Assembly: GCA_944385765.1 (NCBI GenBank)
Contig: CALWYL010000001.1
Span: 23,556 to 87,555 of the forward strand
Direction of reading: 5' to 3'
Length of the DNA: 64,000 nt
From: an uncultured Oscillospiraceae bacterium
Lineage (GTDB): Bacteria > Bacillota > Clostridia > Oscillospirales > Oscillospiraceae
The notes beneath the pieces are model-generated. The model was given only the letters and a program-made list of their open reading frames with translations, had not been told where the DNA came from and did no database searches. The translations under genes and the position numbers were made by a program. Positions within the stretch are counted from its first letter, which is position 1. Every line of letters begins with the position of its first letter. This document shows positions 30,883-38,529 of this stretch, piece by piece.

Positions 30883-30978
30883 ATGTTTGTATATGAGAAG
30901 AAACTGCAATACCCGGTGAAAATCAAGAACACCAACCCCGCCCTCGCCAAGTTCATCATCTCACAGTATGGCGGGCCT
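30883..30978 (+). pseudogene. cotJC: cotJC 5' segment (codons 1-32) of an interrupted gene
   Basis: MFVYEKKLQYPVKIKNTNPALAKFIISQYGGP, then reading continues into element sequence and stops at 31048-31050. GGAGGG RBS lies 7 nt upstream. Confidence 0.9.
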
Positions 30979-31000
30979 CACCGCCCCAGGCTACATGTCC
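30970..31000. repeat. attL: core GGCGGGCCT (30970-30978) plus inner arm AGGCTACATGTCC (30988-31000)
   Basis: The core is repeated at 36809-36817. The arm is the exact reverse complement of 36786-36798. Confidence 0.75.
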
Positions 31001-31022
31001 GCAGCACTTGGCAGCAAATCCG

Positions 31023-31051
31023 TTGTGCTGCGGCGGCTTTGGTGCTATAAT
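31023..31051 (+). promoter_or_regulatory. sigma-A-type promoter for mod-res
   Basis: TTGTGC, 17-nt spacer, TGcTATAAT (extended -10), 30 nt upstream of the mod ATG. Confidence 0.5.
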
Positions 31052-31080
31052 ATCATTTATCTCACCCCCGGAGGAAAACG

Positions 31081-32862
31081 ATGAGTACGAACATATCCAA
31101 ATTGAAGCGGGAGCGTCTGCTCTCCGGACTGGCGGAGCTGCGCGACTTTGTCGCCTCCTCCCCTCCCAGCGAGCTCACGGGCCGTCTGCTGGGCTGCCTG
31201 GCCGAGGTGGAGCGCGACATCTCCGGCCGCAAATACGGGGTGTTTTTCGAAGAGCACCGGGAGAACATAGACGAGTTGCTCAGCCGCAGCGTCCCCCTCC
31301 TCTGCGAGGAGCCGGAGCTCGCGCTGGGCAGTTCCGGGCCGCTTAATTTCCTCATAGAGGGGGACAATCTCGCCGCCTTACAGCTCCTGCTGAAGACACA
31401 CCGCGGCTCCATCGGCCTCATATACATAGACCCGCCGTATAACACCAACAACAACGACTTCATATACGACGACTCCTTCGTCGGAGCCGAGGACCTCTTC
31501 CGCCACAGCAAGTGGATGTCCTTCATGGACAAGCGCCTGCGCCTGGCGAGGAAGTTGCTGCGCCCTGACGGCAGCATCTTCATCTCCATAGACAACAATG
31601 AGTTCGCCCAGCTAAAGCTGCTCGCCGACAGGATTTTCGGCGAGGGCAGTTTTGTCACCGCCCTGCATGTGGAGATGTCCATCACCCAGGGCATGAAGGT
31701 GCGCGCCGCCAAGCAGGGCAACATCGTCAAAAACGGCGAATACATCCTGGTCTACAGGCTGGACGGCAGCAAAAACATAGGGCATGTCCCCCTCACCGAC
31801 CCCGTGAGGTACGACCCGCACTACTGCTCCTTCCTTTTGGGGGACGAGAGCCCCTTCACGGAGGTCCCGCTCTCCGCGGCCCTGGAGGGCGAGGGGGAGA
31901 TACTCGGCGCGCTGCGCCTGCTGGGCCTGCTGGACCGCCGCGGCTCCCTGCCCAACAAAAACCTGCCGGCCGCCTACGACAAGTGCGACGCCTTCCGCTC
32001 CTGGGTGAACGCCCACGCCGGGCGCATCTGCCGCACGCACGATGCCGTCAGCGTCAGCGACGAGGTGAGCGGGAACATGGTCCCCGGCCTCGTGTACAGC
32101 TACAGCTCCGACTCCCGCAGCTACCTGCTGAGCAAGAACGAGAGCGGCGGCGTCTACCAGCGCATCCCCCTCTCCGACAAGCTCTCCGTGGCCGACGACT
32201 ACTACGGCACCTACGGCCCCACGAAAATACGCGGGGACTGGTGGTCCGGCTTCTACCTGGACATGGGCAACATCGGCAAGGAGGGCGGCGTGGACTTCCT
32301 CAACGGCAAGAAGCCCAAGCGGCTCATCAAGCAGATAATCAAATTCGCCCTCCAGCGCGAGGACGACACAGTGCTGGACTTCTTCGCCGGCTCCGGCACC
32401 ACCGGCCAGGCGGTGATGGAGCTCAATGCCGAGGACGGCGGCCGCCGCCGCTTCATCCTCTGCACCAGCAATGAGAACGGCATCTGCCGCACCGTAACCT
32501 GGCCGCGGCTGCGCAATGTCATAGAGGGCGAGGGCCGCCGGGCCCGTCTCAAGTGCTTCCGCGTGGACTATCTGCCCACGGCCGGCCGGCTGTACTATGA
32601 GTACGCCGGCGAATTGCTCAAACACATGCGCGAGCTCGTCGAGCTGGAGACCGGCGCCGACTGCCCCGGCGATGAGGCCGCCATCGTGCTCGACGAATCC
32701 CAGCTCTGCGAGCTGCTCGGCAGCCCGCGCCTGGCCCGCTGCCGCCGGCTCTACATGCACAGCGACATCCTGCTCGGGGCGGATGAGGCCCAGCGCCTGA
32801 GCGACAGCGGCGTCACGCTCTGCCCCATACCAGAATACTACTACGACGAGACGGAGGGCTGA
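31081..32862 (+). CDS. mod: Type III-like DNA methyltransferase (Mod; beta-class N6A/N4C MTase)
   Basis: NFLIEGDNLAALQLL, IYIDPPYNT (motif IV) about 330 aa before LDFFAGSGTTGQAV (motif I), and HSKWMSFMDKRLRLARKLLRPDGSIFISID. Confidence 0.85.
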   Translation: MSTNISKLKRERLLSGLAELRDFVASSPPSELTGRLLGCLAEVERDISGRKYGVFFEEHRENIDELLSRSVPLLCEEPELALGSSGPLNFLIEGDNLAALQLLLKTHRGSIGLIYIDPPYNTNNNDFIYDDSFVGAEDLFRHSKWMSFMDKRLRLARKLLRPDGSIFISIDNNEFAQLKLLADRIFGEGSFVTALHVEMSITQGMKVRAAKQGNIVKNGEYILVYRLDGSKNIGHVPLTDPVRYDPHYCSFLLGDESPFTEVPLSAALEGEGEILGALRLLGLLDRRGSLPNKNLPAAYDKCDAFRSWVNAHAGRICRTHDAVSVSDEVSGNMVPGLVYSYSSDSRSYLLSKNESGGVYQRIPLSDKLSVADDYYGTYGPTKIRGDWWSGFYLDMGNIGKEGGVDFLNGKKPKRLIKQIIKFALQREDDTVLDFFAGSGTTGQAVMELNAEDGGRRRFILCTSNENGICRTVTWPRLRNVIEGEGRRARLKCFRVDYLPTAGRLYYEYAGELLKHMRELVELETGADCPGDEAAIVLDESQLCELLGSPRLARCRRLYMHSDILLGADEAQRLSDSGVTLCPIPEYYYDETEG

Positions 32863-32863
32863 C

Positions 32864-35059
32864 ATGGGTATCACACTGGCAAATTTTCAACTCCGCGCCA
32901 TAGCCGCGCTCAACGACGCCATGGAGCTCCCCGGCCGGGACATAGTCCTCAAGAGCTGCACCGGCAGCGGCAAGACCATCATGCTCACCAGCTTTATGGC
33001 GGGCTACCTGCTCGGCCACTCGCGCACTGTGTTCGTCTGGCTCACCCCCGGCCGCGGCGACCTGGAGGAGCAGAGCTGCGAGAAGATGCGCCGTTACGTG
33101 CACGGCTGCAGCGCCAAGCTGCTGCCCGACGTGATGTCCTCCGGCTTTGAGGAGAACGACGTCTGCTTCATCAACTGGGAGAAGCTGAACAAAAAGGGCA
33201 ATAACGCCCTCAAGGACTCCGAGCACGCCAATTTCATAGAGCTGGTGCGCTCCGCCCGCGAGCAGGGCCTGTCCTTCAAGGTGATAGTGGACGAGTCCCA
33301 CCAGAACAACACCATAAAGTCCTCCGACATACTGGGGCTCTTCCACACCGACAAGATAATCCGCTGCTCCGCCACCCCCCGCGCCGTGCGGGACGCCCTG
33401 CTCATCGAGGTGCCGGAGGAGGACGTGATTGCGGAGGGCCTGATAAAGAAGCTGCTCATAATAAACGAGGGCTTCGAGCAGCACATCCGGGTGGAAGACC
33501 AGGTGAGTTATCTCATAGACCGCGCCCTCTCCCGCCAGAGCGAGCTGAGGGGTGAATACCTCCGCCGCGGCGTGCAGGTCCAGCCCCTGATTATCGTCCA
33601 GCTGCCCAACAGGTCCGACGCCCTGCTGGAGAGCGTGGAGCGCTACTTTGACTCCCGCGGCATCACCTACGAGAACGGCCTGCTCTCCGTCTGGCTCTCC
33701 GACAAGAAGCAGAACCTGGAGGGCATCGCCGAGCCCGACGCCAGGCCCATAGCCGTCATCATCAAGCAGGCGGTGGCCACCGGCTGGGACTGCCCCCGGG
33801 CGCAGATACTGGTCAAGCTGCGCGACAACATGAGCGAGGTGTTTGAGATACAGACCATAGGCCGCATCCGCCGCATGCCGGAGGCCCGGCACTACGGCAG
33901 CGAGCTCCTGGACTGCTGCTATCTCTACACCCTGGATGAGAAATTCACCGAGAGCGTCAAGCTCAGCCTGGGCAAGGACGCCCTGGACGCCCGCCGGCTG
34001 CTGCTGCGCCCGGAATACCGCTCCATCTCCCTCGTCAGCCAGTACAAGACCGACGTCCCCTTCCCCCGCGACGCGCGGCTGGCTCTGGAGGTAATAGGCG
34101 GCTGGTACGTCTCCAAGTACCACACGGGCTCCGATATGGAGCGCAACCGCGCGGCATTGGAGGCCGGGGGCTACTCCTTCGCGCAGGACATAGTGAACTA
34201 CACCAAATCCGGCACCGTGGCCACTCTCGACAGCGAGGGCCTGGCCTCTCTCAACGACGTGGCCATCCACGAGGAGCTGAGCACCCATCGCCACGGCAAG
34301 GAGTATCACCACTGCGTCTCCGAGATAGGCCTGAAGATAGGCCTGGACTACACCAGCATAAACGCCATCATCCGCCGGCTCTTCCTGGAGGGGCTCAAGA
34401 GCCGGCCCAAGATTACCTCTCTGGGCATACGCGAGCTCTACTCCTTCGTCATCAACAACAAGTCTCTGCTGGTGGAGGATGTGCGCAGCGCCATGTCCGC
34501 CGAGACGGCCCAGCTGGCCCTTCCGGTAAGCGGCATCACGGAGCACCCCTTCACCTTCCCCTCCGAGCTCATGTTCACCTTTGACAGCACGTCCAAATCC
34601 CAGCAGGAGCTGACCAAGAACGTCTACGCCGGCTATCTCGCCTCCGCCGAGAAGCGCTCCCTGCCGGAAAAGCTCTTTGAGCAGTACTGCCAGCGCAGCC
34701 CGGGCATCTCCTGGTTCTACAAAAACGGCGACAAGGGCCCGGAGTACCTCTCCATCGTCTACGAGGACAACCTCGGCCGCCAGAAGTCCTTCTACCCCGA
34801 CTACGTGGTGGGCGGCTCCGACGGCAGCATCTGGGTTATAGAGACCAAGGGCGGCTTTACCCGCACCGGGGAGAGCGAGGACATCGACAGGTTCACGGCC
34901 AAGAAGTTCGCCGTGCTGAAAAAGTACCTGGAGCGCAATTCCCTCCGCGGAGGCATCGTCCGCCAGGACAAGCAGAGCGGAGAGCTGTGCATCTGCACCT
35001 ACGCCTACTCCGACGACATCCGGGACAGCTGCTGGCAGCTCCTCTCGGAAGTGCTCTAG
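32864..35059 (+). CDS. res: Type III-like restriction subunit (SF2 helicase plus C-terminal PD-(D/E)xK nuclease)
   Basis: SCTGSGKT (motif I), VIVDESHQ (II), CSATP (III), QTIGRIRR (VI). C-terminus has YPDYVV...IWVIETKGG. The ATG lies 1 nt after the mod stop. Confidence 0.8.
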   Translation: MGITLANFQLRAIAALNDAMELPGRDIVLKSCTGSGKTIMLTSFMAGYLLGHSRTVFVWLTPGRGDLEEQSCEKMRRYVHGCSAKLLPDVMSSGFEENDVCFINWEKLNKKGNNALKDSEHANFIELVRSAREQGLSFKVIVDESHQNNTIKSSDILGLFHTDKIIRCSATPRAVRDALLIEVPEEDVIAEGLIKKLLIINEGFEQHIRVEDQVSYLIDRALSRQSELRGEYLRRGVQVQPLIIVQLPNRSDALLESVERYFDSRGITYENGLLSVWLSDKKQNLEGIAEPDARPIAVIIKQAVATGWDCPRAQILVKLRDNMSEVFEIQTIGRIRRMPEARHYGSELLDCCYLYTLDEKFTESVKLSLGKDALDARRLLLRPEYRSISLVSQYKTDVPFPRDARLALEVIGGWYVSKYHTGSDMERNRAALEAGGYSFAQDIVNYTKSGTVATLDSEGLASLNDVAIHEELSTHRHGKEYHHCVSEIGLKIGLDYTSINAIIRRLFLEGLKSRPKITSLGIRELYSFVINNKSLLVEDVRSAMSAETAQLALPVSGITEHPFTFPSELMFTFDSTSKSQQELTKNVYAGYLASAEKRSLPEKLFEQYCQRSPGISWFYKNGDKGPEYLSIVYEDNLGRQKSFYPDYVVGGSDGSIWVIETKGGFTRTGESEDIDRFTAKKFAVLKKYLERNSLRGGIVRQDKQSGELCICTYAYSDDIRDSCWQLLSEVL

Positions 35060-35081
35060 GCGCCTCCCTATTCCGCCCGGT

Positions 35082-35306
35082 TCACCCCCGGTTTCCGCAC
35101 GCCTCTCCCCCGTCTTTCTCCCCTTTCCCCTCCGCTTTTTTCACTCTGAACACCGCTCTTCCCCGGAACAGCTCGTTCAGGTAAGTAAAACGCAGCCAAT
35201 CGGCCAGCGCCCGGCGCTGCTCGTCATCCAGCTCAGATACCGGCTTGAGCTCGCCGTTTACCCTCACCATGGCCTCCACACGCAATTTATCACCCCCATA
35301 GAGCAT
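35082..35306 (-). CDS. small hypothetical protein divergent from the recombinase gene (candidate excision cofactor)
   Basis: 74 aa, MLYGGDKLRVEAMVRVNGELKPVSELDDEQRRALADWL... GGGGG lies 6 nt upstream. I recognise no family, and coding status is uncertain. Confidence 0.35.
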   Translation of the reverse strand: MLYGGDKLRVEAMVRVNGELKPVSELDDEQRRALADWLRFTYLNELFRGRAVFRVKKAEGKGEKDGGEACGNRG

Positions 35307-35370
35307 ATGCGGCCCCCAGCCCGCGGAGACTTCTCTCCCCGTCGGCCGCGCCATATGCTGTATGGGGGTG
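35291..35370. repeat. about 24-bp near-perfect inverted repeat spanning the recombinase start
   Basis: CACCCCCATAGAGCATATGCGGCC (35291-35314) pairs with GGCCGCgcCATATGCTGTATGGGGGTG (35344-35370). Confidence 0.7.
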
Positions 35371-36795
35371 ATTTTCGTGCGCCGCTGCGCCGCCTATATC
35401 CGCGTTTCCACCGATGACCAGGCCGAACTCTCCCCGGAGAGCCAGCTGGAGGAGATAAAAAAGTACGCCCTCCGCGAGTCGCTCGTCCTGCTCCCGGAGC
35501 ACATCTATGCCGACACCGGCATCTCCGGCAAAAGCGCCAGCAACCGCCCGGAATTCATGCGGATGATAGCCGCCGCCAAGGGGCCTGACTGCCCGTTCTC
35601 GGTGATTTTGCTCTGGAAGTACTCCCGTTTTGCCCGCAATCAGGAGGAGAGCATATTCTACAAGTCCGTTCTCCGCTCCAAATGCGGCGTCGATGTGGTC
35701 AGCGTCACCGAGCCCCTTGTCTCCGGGCCCTTCGGCAGTTTGATAGAGCGCATCATCGAGTGGATGGACGAATTCTACTCCATCCGCCTCAGCCAGGAGG
35801 TCCGCCGCAGCATGGCGCTGAACGCCTCTCAGGGCAGGCTGCAATCCGCCCCGCCCTTCGGATATCGGGCCTCCGGCGGCTCTCTGGAGGTCGTGGCGGA
35901 AGAGGCCGATTGGGTGAGACACATATATTCGGCCTTCTTATCAGGCCGGAGCACGCGCTCCATCGCGCTCGAGCTGAACGACGCCGCCGTGCACACCCAC
36001 CGGGGCGGAAACTTTGAGAGCCGCACCATAGAGTACATCCTGCGCAACCCCGCCTACACCGGCCAGCTGCGCTGGCACGAGCGCGGCGGCGATGTCATAG
36101 TGGCCCGGGGCTCACACGAGCCAATACTGGACCGCGCTTCCTGGGAGGCCGCGCAGAGGCGTCTCGACGACTTGAAATCCCGCCGCCATCCACACTCGCG
36201 GCCGGCCGACGGCCTGAAATTCTGGGCGGGCGGGCTGGTGAGGTGCGCCGCGTGCGGTTCAACGCTGGTGTACGAAAAGGGCGGCCGCTGCAAGTGCAAC
36301 GGCTACGCCCGCGGGCGCTGCCGCGAGTCCCAGCGCACGCCCGTATCCGTTCTGGAGTCGGCAATCATGTCCCGCCTGGAACTCGATTCCCGGGATGCCG
36401 CGCCGGCGGAATATGAACTTCTGCCTCCGCAGCCGCCCCCGGACGCCTCTCTCCCGGGACTGCGCTCCTCACTGCGCAGGGCCGCAGCGGAGAAAAGGCG
36501 TCTCCTGGACGCATACACATCCGGCGCGCTCGACCTGGAGGCCTTCCGCCGCGCCGCTGAGGAGCTGTCGGCCCGCTGCGGGCGGCTGGAGTCCTCCCTG
36601 CGGGCGCTGGAGGCGTCACCATCCCCATGCCCCTCCGCGCAGCTGGAGAGCTCAGTCCGCGCGGCCCTCACATCGCTCTCTGACGCCGGCGGCACCCTCG
36701 AAGAGCGCAACGCCGCCGCCAGATGCGTACTGGAGAGCTGCGTTTACAGCCGGTCCGGGGATAAGCTCACCCTCATCTACCGCCTGGACATGTAG
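35362..36795 (+). CDS. large serine recombinase (resolvase catalytic domain + recombinase domain + zinc ribbon + coiled coil)
   Basis: AAYIRVSTDDQ (catalytic Ser), LLWKYSRFARN, PPFGYR, CAACGSTLVYEKGGRCKCNGYARGRC. An alternative GTG start at 35377 lies 6 nt after GGGGGTG (35364-35370). Confidence 0.9.
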   Translation: MGVIFVRRCAAYIRVSTDDQAELSPESQLEEIKKYALRESLVLLPEHIYADTGISGKSASNRPEFMRMIAAAKGPDCPFSVILLWKYSRFARNQEESIFYKSVLRSKCGVDVVSVTEPLVSGPFGSLIERIIEWMDEFYSIRLSQEVRRSMALNASQGRLQSAPPFGYRASGGSLEVVAEEADWVRHIYSAFLSGRSTRSIALELNDAAVHTHRGGNFESRTIEYILRNPAYTGQLRWHERGGDVIVARGSHEPILDRASWEAAQRRLDDLKSRRHPHSRPADGLKFWAGGLVRCAACGSTLVYEKGGRCKCNGYARGRCRESQRTPVSVLESAIMSRLELDSRDAAPAEYELLPPQPPPDASLPGLRSSLRRAAAEKRRLLDAYTSGALDLEAFRRAAEELSARCGRLESSLRALEASPSPCPSAQLESSVRAALTSLSDAGGTLEERNAAARCVLESCVYSRSGDKLTLIYRLDM

Positions 36796-36817
36796 CCTGC
36801 TGCAGTCAGGCGGCCCT
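36786..36817. repeat. attR: inner arm GGACATGTAGCCT (36786-36798) plus core GGCGGCCCT (36809-36817)
   Basis: The arm overlaps the recombinase stop codon (ATG TAG). The core is an 8/9 match to attL. Confidence 0.75.
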
Positions 36818-37318
36818 GACGGGGAGCTGGGCGCCTCGCTGCGCTATCTGAGCCAGCGCTATTCCATGCCCTGCGCTGAGCTGAAGGGCCTTCTCACCGA
36901 CATCGGCACCGAGGAACTGGGACACCTGGAGATGATAGGCGCCATAGTCCATCAGCTCACTCGCAAGCTGACTCCTGAGCAGATAAAGGCCGCCGGCTTC
37001 GACGCCTATTTTGTCGACCACACGGCCGGCGTGTACCCGGCAGCCGCCGCCGGTTTCCCCTGGAACGCCGCCAGCATGGCCGTCAAGGGCGATGTCCTGG
37101 CCGACCTCAATGAGGATTTGGCCGCGGAGCAGAAGGCCCGCGTGACCTACGACAACATTCTCCGCCTCTCCGACGACCCGGATGTCAACGACGTCATACG
37201 CTTCCTGCGCGAGCGCGAGGTGGTCCACTATCAGCGCTTCGGCGAGGGGCTGCGGCTCGCCCAGGAAAAGCTCGACCAGAAGAACTACTATGCCGTAAAT
37301 CCCGCTTTCGACAAATAA
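36818..37318 (+). pseudogene. cotJC: cotJC 3' segment (166 codons) of the interrupted gene
   Basis: DGELGASLRYLSQRYSMP...LTDIGTEELGHLEMIG...AAEQKARVTYDN...FLREREVVHYQRF matches the Mn-catalase-family CotJC. There is no own start codon or RBS. Confidence 0.9.
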
Positions 37319-37342
37319 AAATAACGGGGGCAAAAGCCCCCG
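37313..37342. terminator. terminator hairpin between convergent genes
   Basis: CGGGGGC, loop aaaa, GCCCCCG. The T-run is on the minus-strand side (TTATTTTTATTT). Confidence 0.5.
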
Positions 37343-37369
37343 CTACATAACGCGTGTAAAATTGCGGTC

Positions 37370-38509
37370 CTATTCCTCCGGCTCGCTCATCAGCGAGCTG
37401 TAGCTGAGCGGGCCCACACATTCCGGGTACTCGGCTATGTCCCACCAGTAGCCGCCCCACATCTCGGCGTCGCTTTTCAAAAACGTGTTCGCAAAACCGA
37501 GCTCAGACGCGCGCGAGGTGTCCACGTGATAGCTGTCGCCCTCTAGAGTGACGATGTTCCAGTAGTGCTCCGTGCGGTCCAGTCTGCCCTCCACCACGGT
37601 GCACTCGATGCCTATGGTGTCGCACAGCGCCTTATAGGCCAGAGCCATGCCCTCGCTGTCCGCCCTGCCGGACACCAGGGCGTCCCAGGCGGTGTGTCCG
37701 CCCCCGCTGTCGGAGACGCACTGCTCTATCAGCAGGCTCGCCGCCTGCAGGGCCATGTACGCGTCCCCCTCCGAGGTCACACGGGCCGCCAGCCGGGCGG
37801 CGGATTCGTTCAGCTGGCCGTGCATCTGCTCCAAATCGGCCTCATTTCCCGGGTAATTGATACTTATCTCATATATCCTCTGCATGCCCAGCCCGGAATA
37901 GACGTTGACCGAGGCCGAGGGCCTGACCACGCATGAGAGCGGATAGTCCATGTATGCCTCGATGACATAGTCGGCGGCCTCGTCCTCTCCCACATCCGTG
38001 GCGGAGACAAGCACCACGAGCCCCGGGCTCATGCTCTCCACCGCAGCCTCTATGCAGTCGTAGAGGTCCCTGGAGGTGCTGACGTTGATTATGGAGTCTA
38101 TCTCCTCCTGGCTGCGCTTGTAGTATATATAGACCTCGGCCTCCGAATAGGCCACCACCGTGGTTATATCGTATGAGATATAGTCCACGGAGTAGCTGCC
38201 CAGCGCCGTCTCCCGGCTCACGGAGTTGCAGGCCGCCGCCAGGTCGTCGCTGATGCTCTCGCCGGAGTAGTTGCGAAAATCCAGCGTCCCCGAGTCCGCG
38301 TGAGCGGTCACCAGGTTGCTGATGGCCAGACGGAGCGTGGTGTAGCTGGTGACGGGTATGGCCCCGTCGTCGCCCGGAGTGGGACGGGCATATTCATAGT
38401 CCGATACGGAGAGGTACTCCTCGTCAAACACCGAGGCGCAGCCGCAGATGGGCAGCAGAAGCGCCGCCGTCACCGCCAGGGCGGCGATTTTCCTCCAGTG
38501 TCCGCGCAT
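37370..38509 (-). CDS. transglutaminase-like domain lipoprotein
   Basis: Lipobox LLLPICGCAS. C-terminal core is GRADSEGMALAYKALCDTIGIECTVVEG...HYWNIVTLEGDSYHVDTS. Confidence 0.7.
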   Translation of the reverse strand: MRGHWRKIAALAVTAALLLPICGCASVFDEEYLSVSDYEYARPTPGDDGAIPVTSYTTLRLAISNLVTAHADSGTLDFRNYSGESISDDLAAACNSVSRETALGSYSVDYISYDITTVVAYSEAEVYIYYKRSQEEIDSIINVSTSRDLYDCIEAAVESMSPGLVVLVSATDVGEDEAADYVIEAYMDYPLSCVVRPSASVNVYSGLGMQRIYEISINYPGNEADLEQMHGQLNESAARLAARVTSEGDAYMALQAASLLIEQCVSDSGGGHTAWDALVSGRADSEGMALAYKALCDTIGIECTVVEGRLDRTEHYWNIVTLEGDSYHVDTSRASELGFANTFLKSDAEMWGGYWWDIAEYPECVGPLSYSSLMSEPEE

Positions 38510-38529
38510 GAGTTTCCTCTCCCTTCCGT

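Larger units (their letters stand above)
30979..36817 (+). mobile_element. 5.84-kb large-serine-recombinase intervening element inserted in cotJC, carrying Type III-like R-M
   Basis: It splits a collinear CotJC reading frame. It is bounded by GGCGG(G/C)CCT direct cores and 13-bp inverted arms. The recombinase gene ends 14 bp (36796..36809) before the right core. Confidence 0.85.

Noticed and set aside
31612-34546. Minus-strand ORFs of 420 aa and 577 aa inside the element.
   Set aside because: They are antisense shadows of mod and res, which carry unambiguous methyltransferase and helicase motifs.
36395-37318. The track ORF of 307 aa treated as one protein.
   Set aside because: Its N-terminal roughly 140 aa are an out-of-frame, Pro/Arg/Ala-rich read-through of the recombinase gene's 3' end. 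Only the part from 36818 onward is genuine CotJC sequence.
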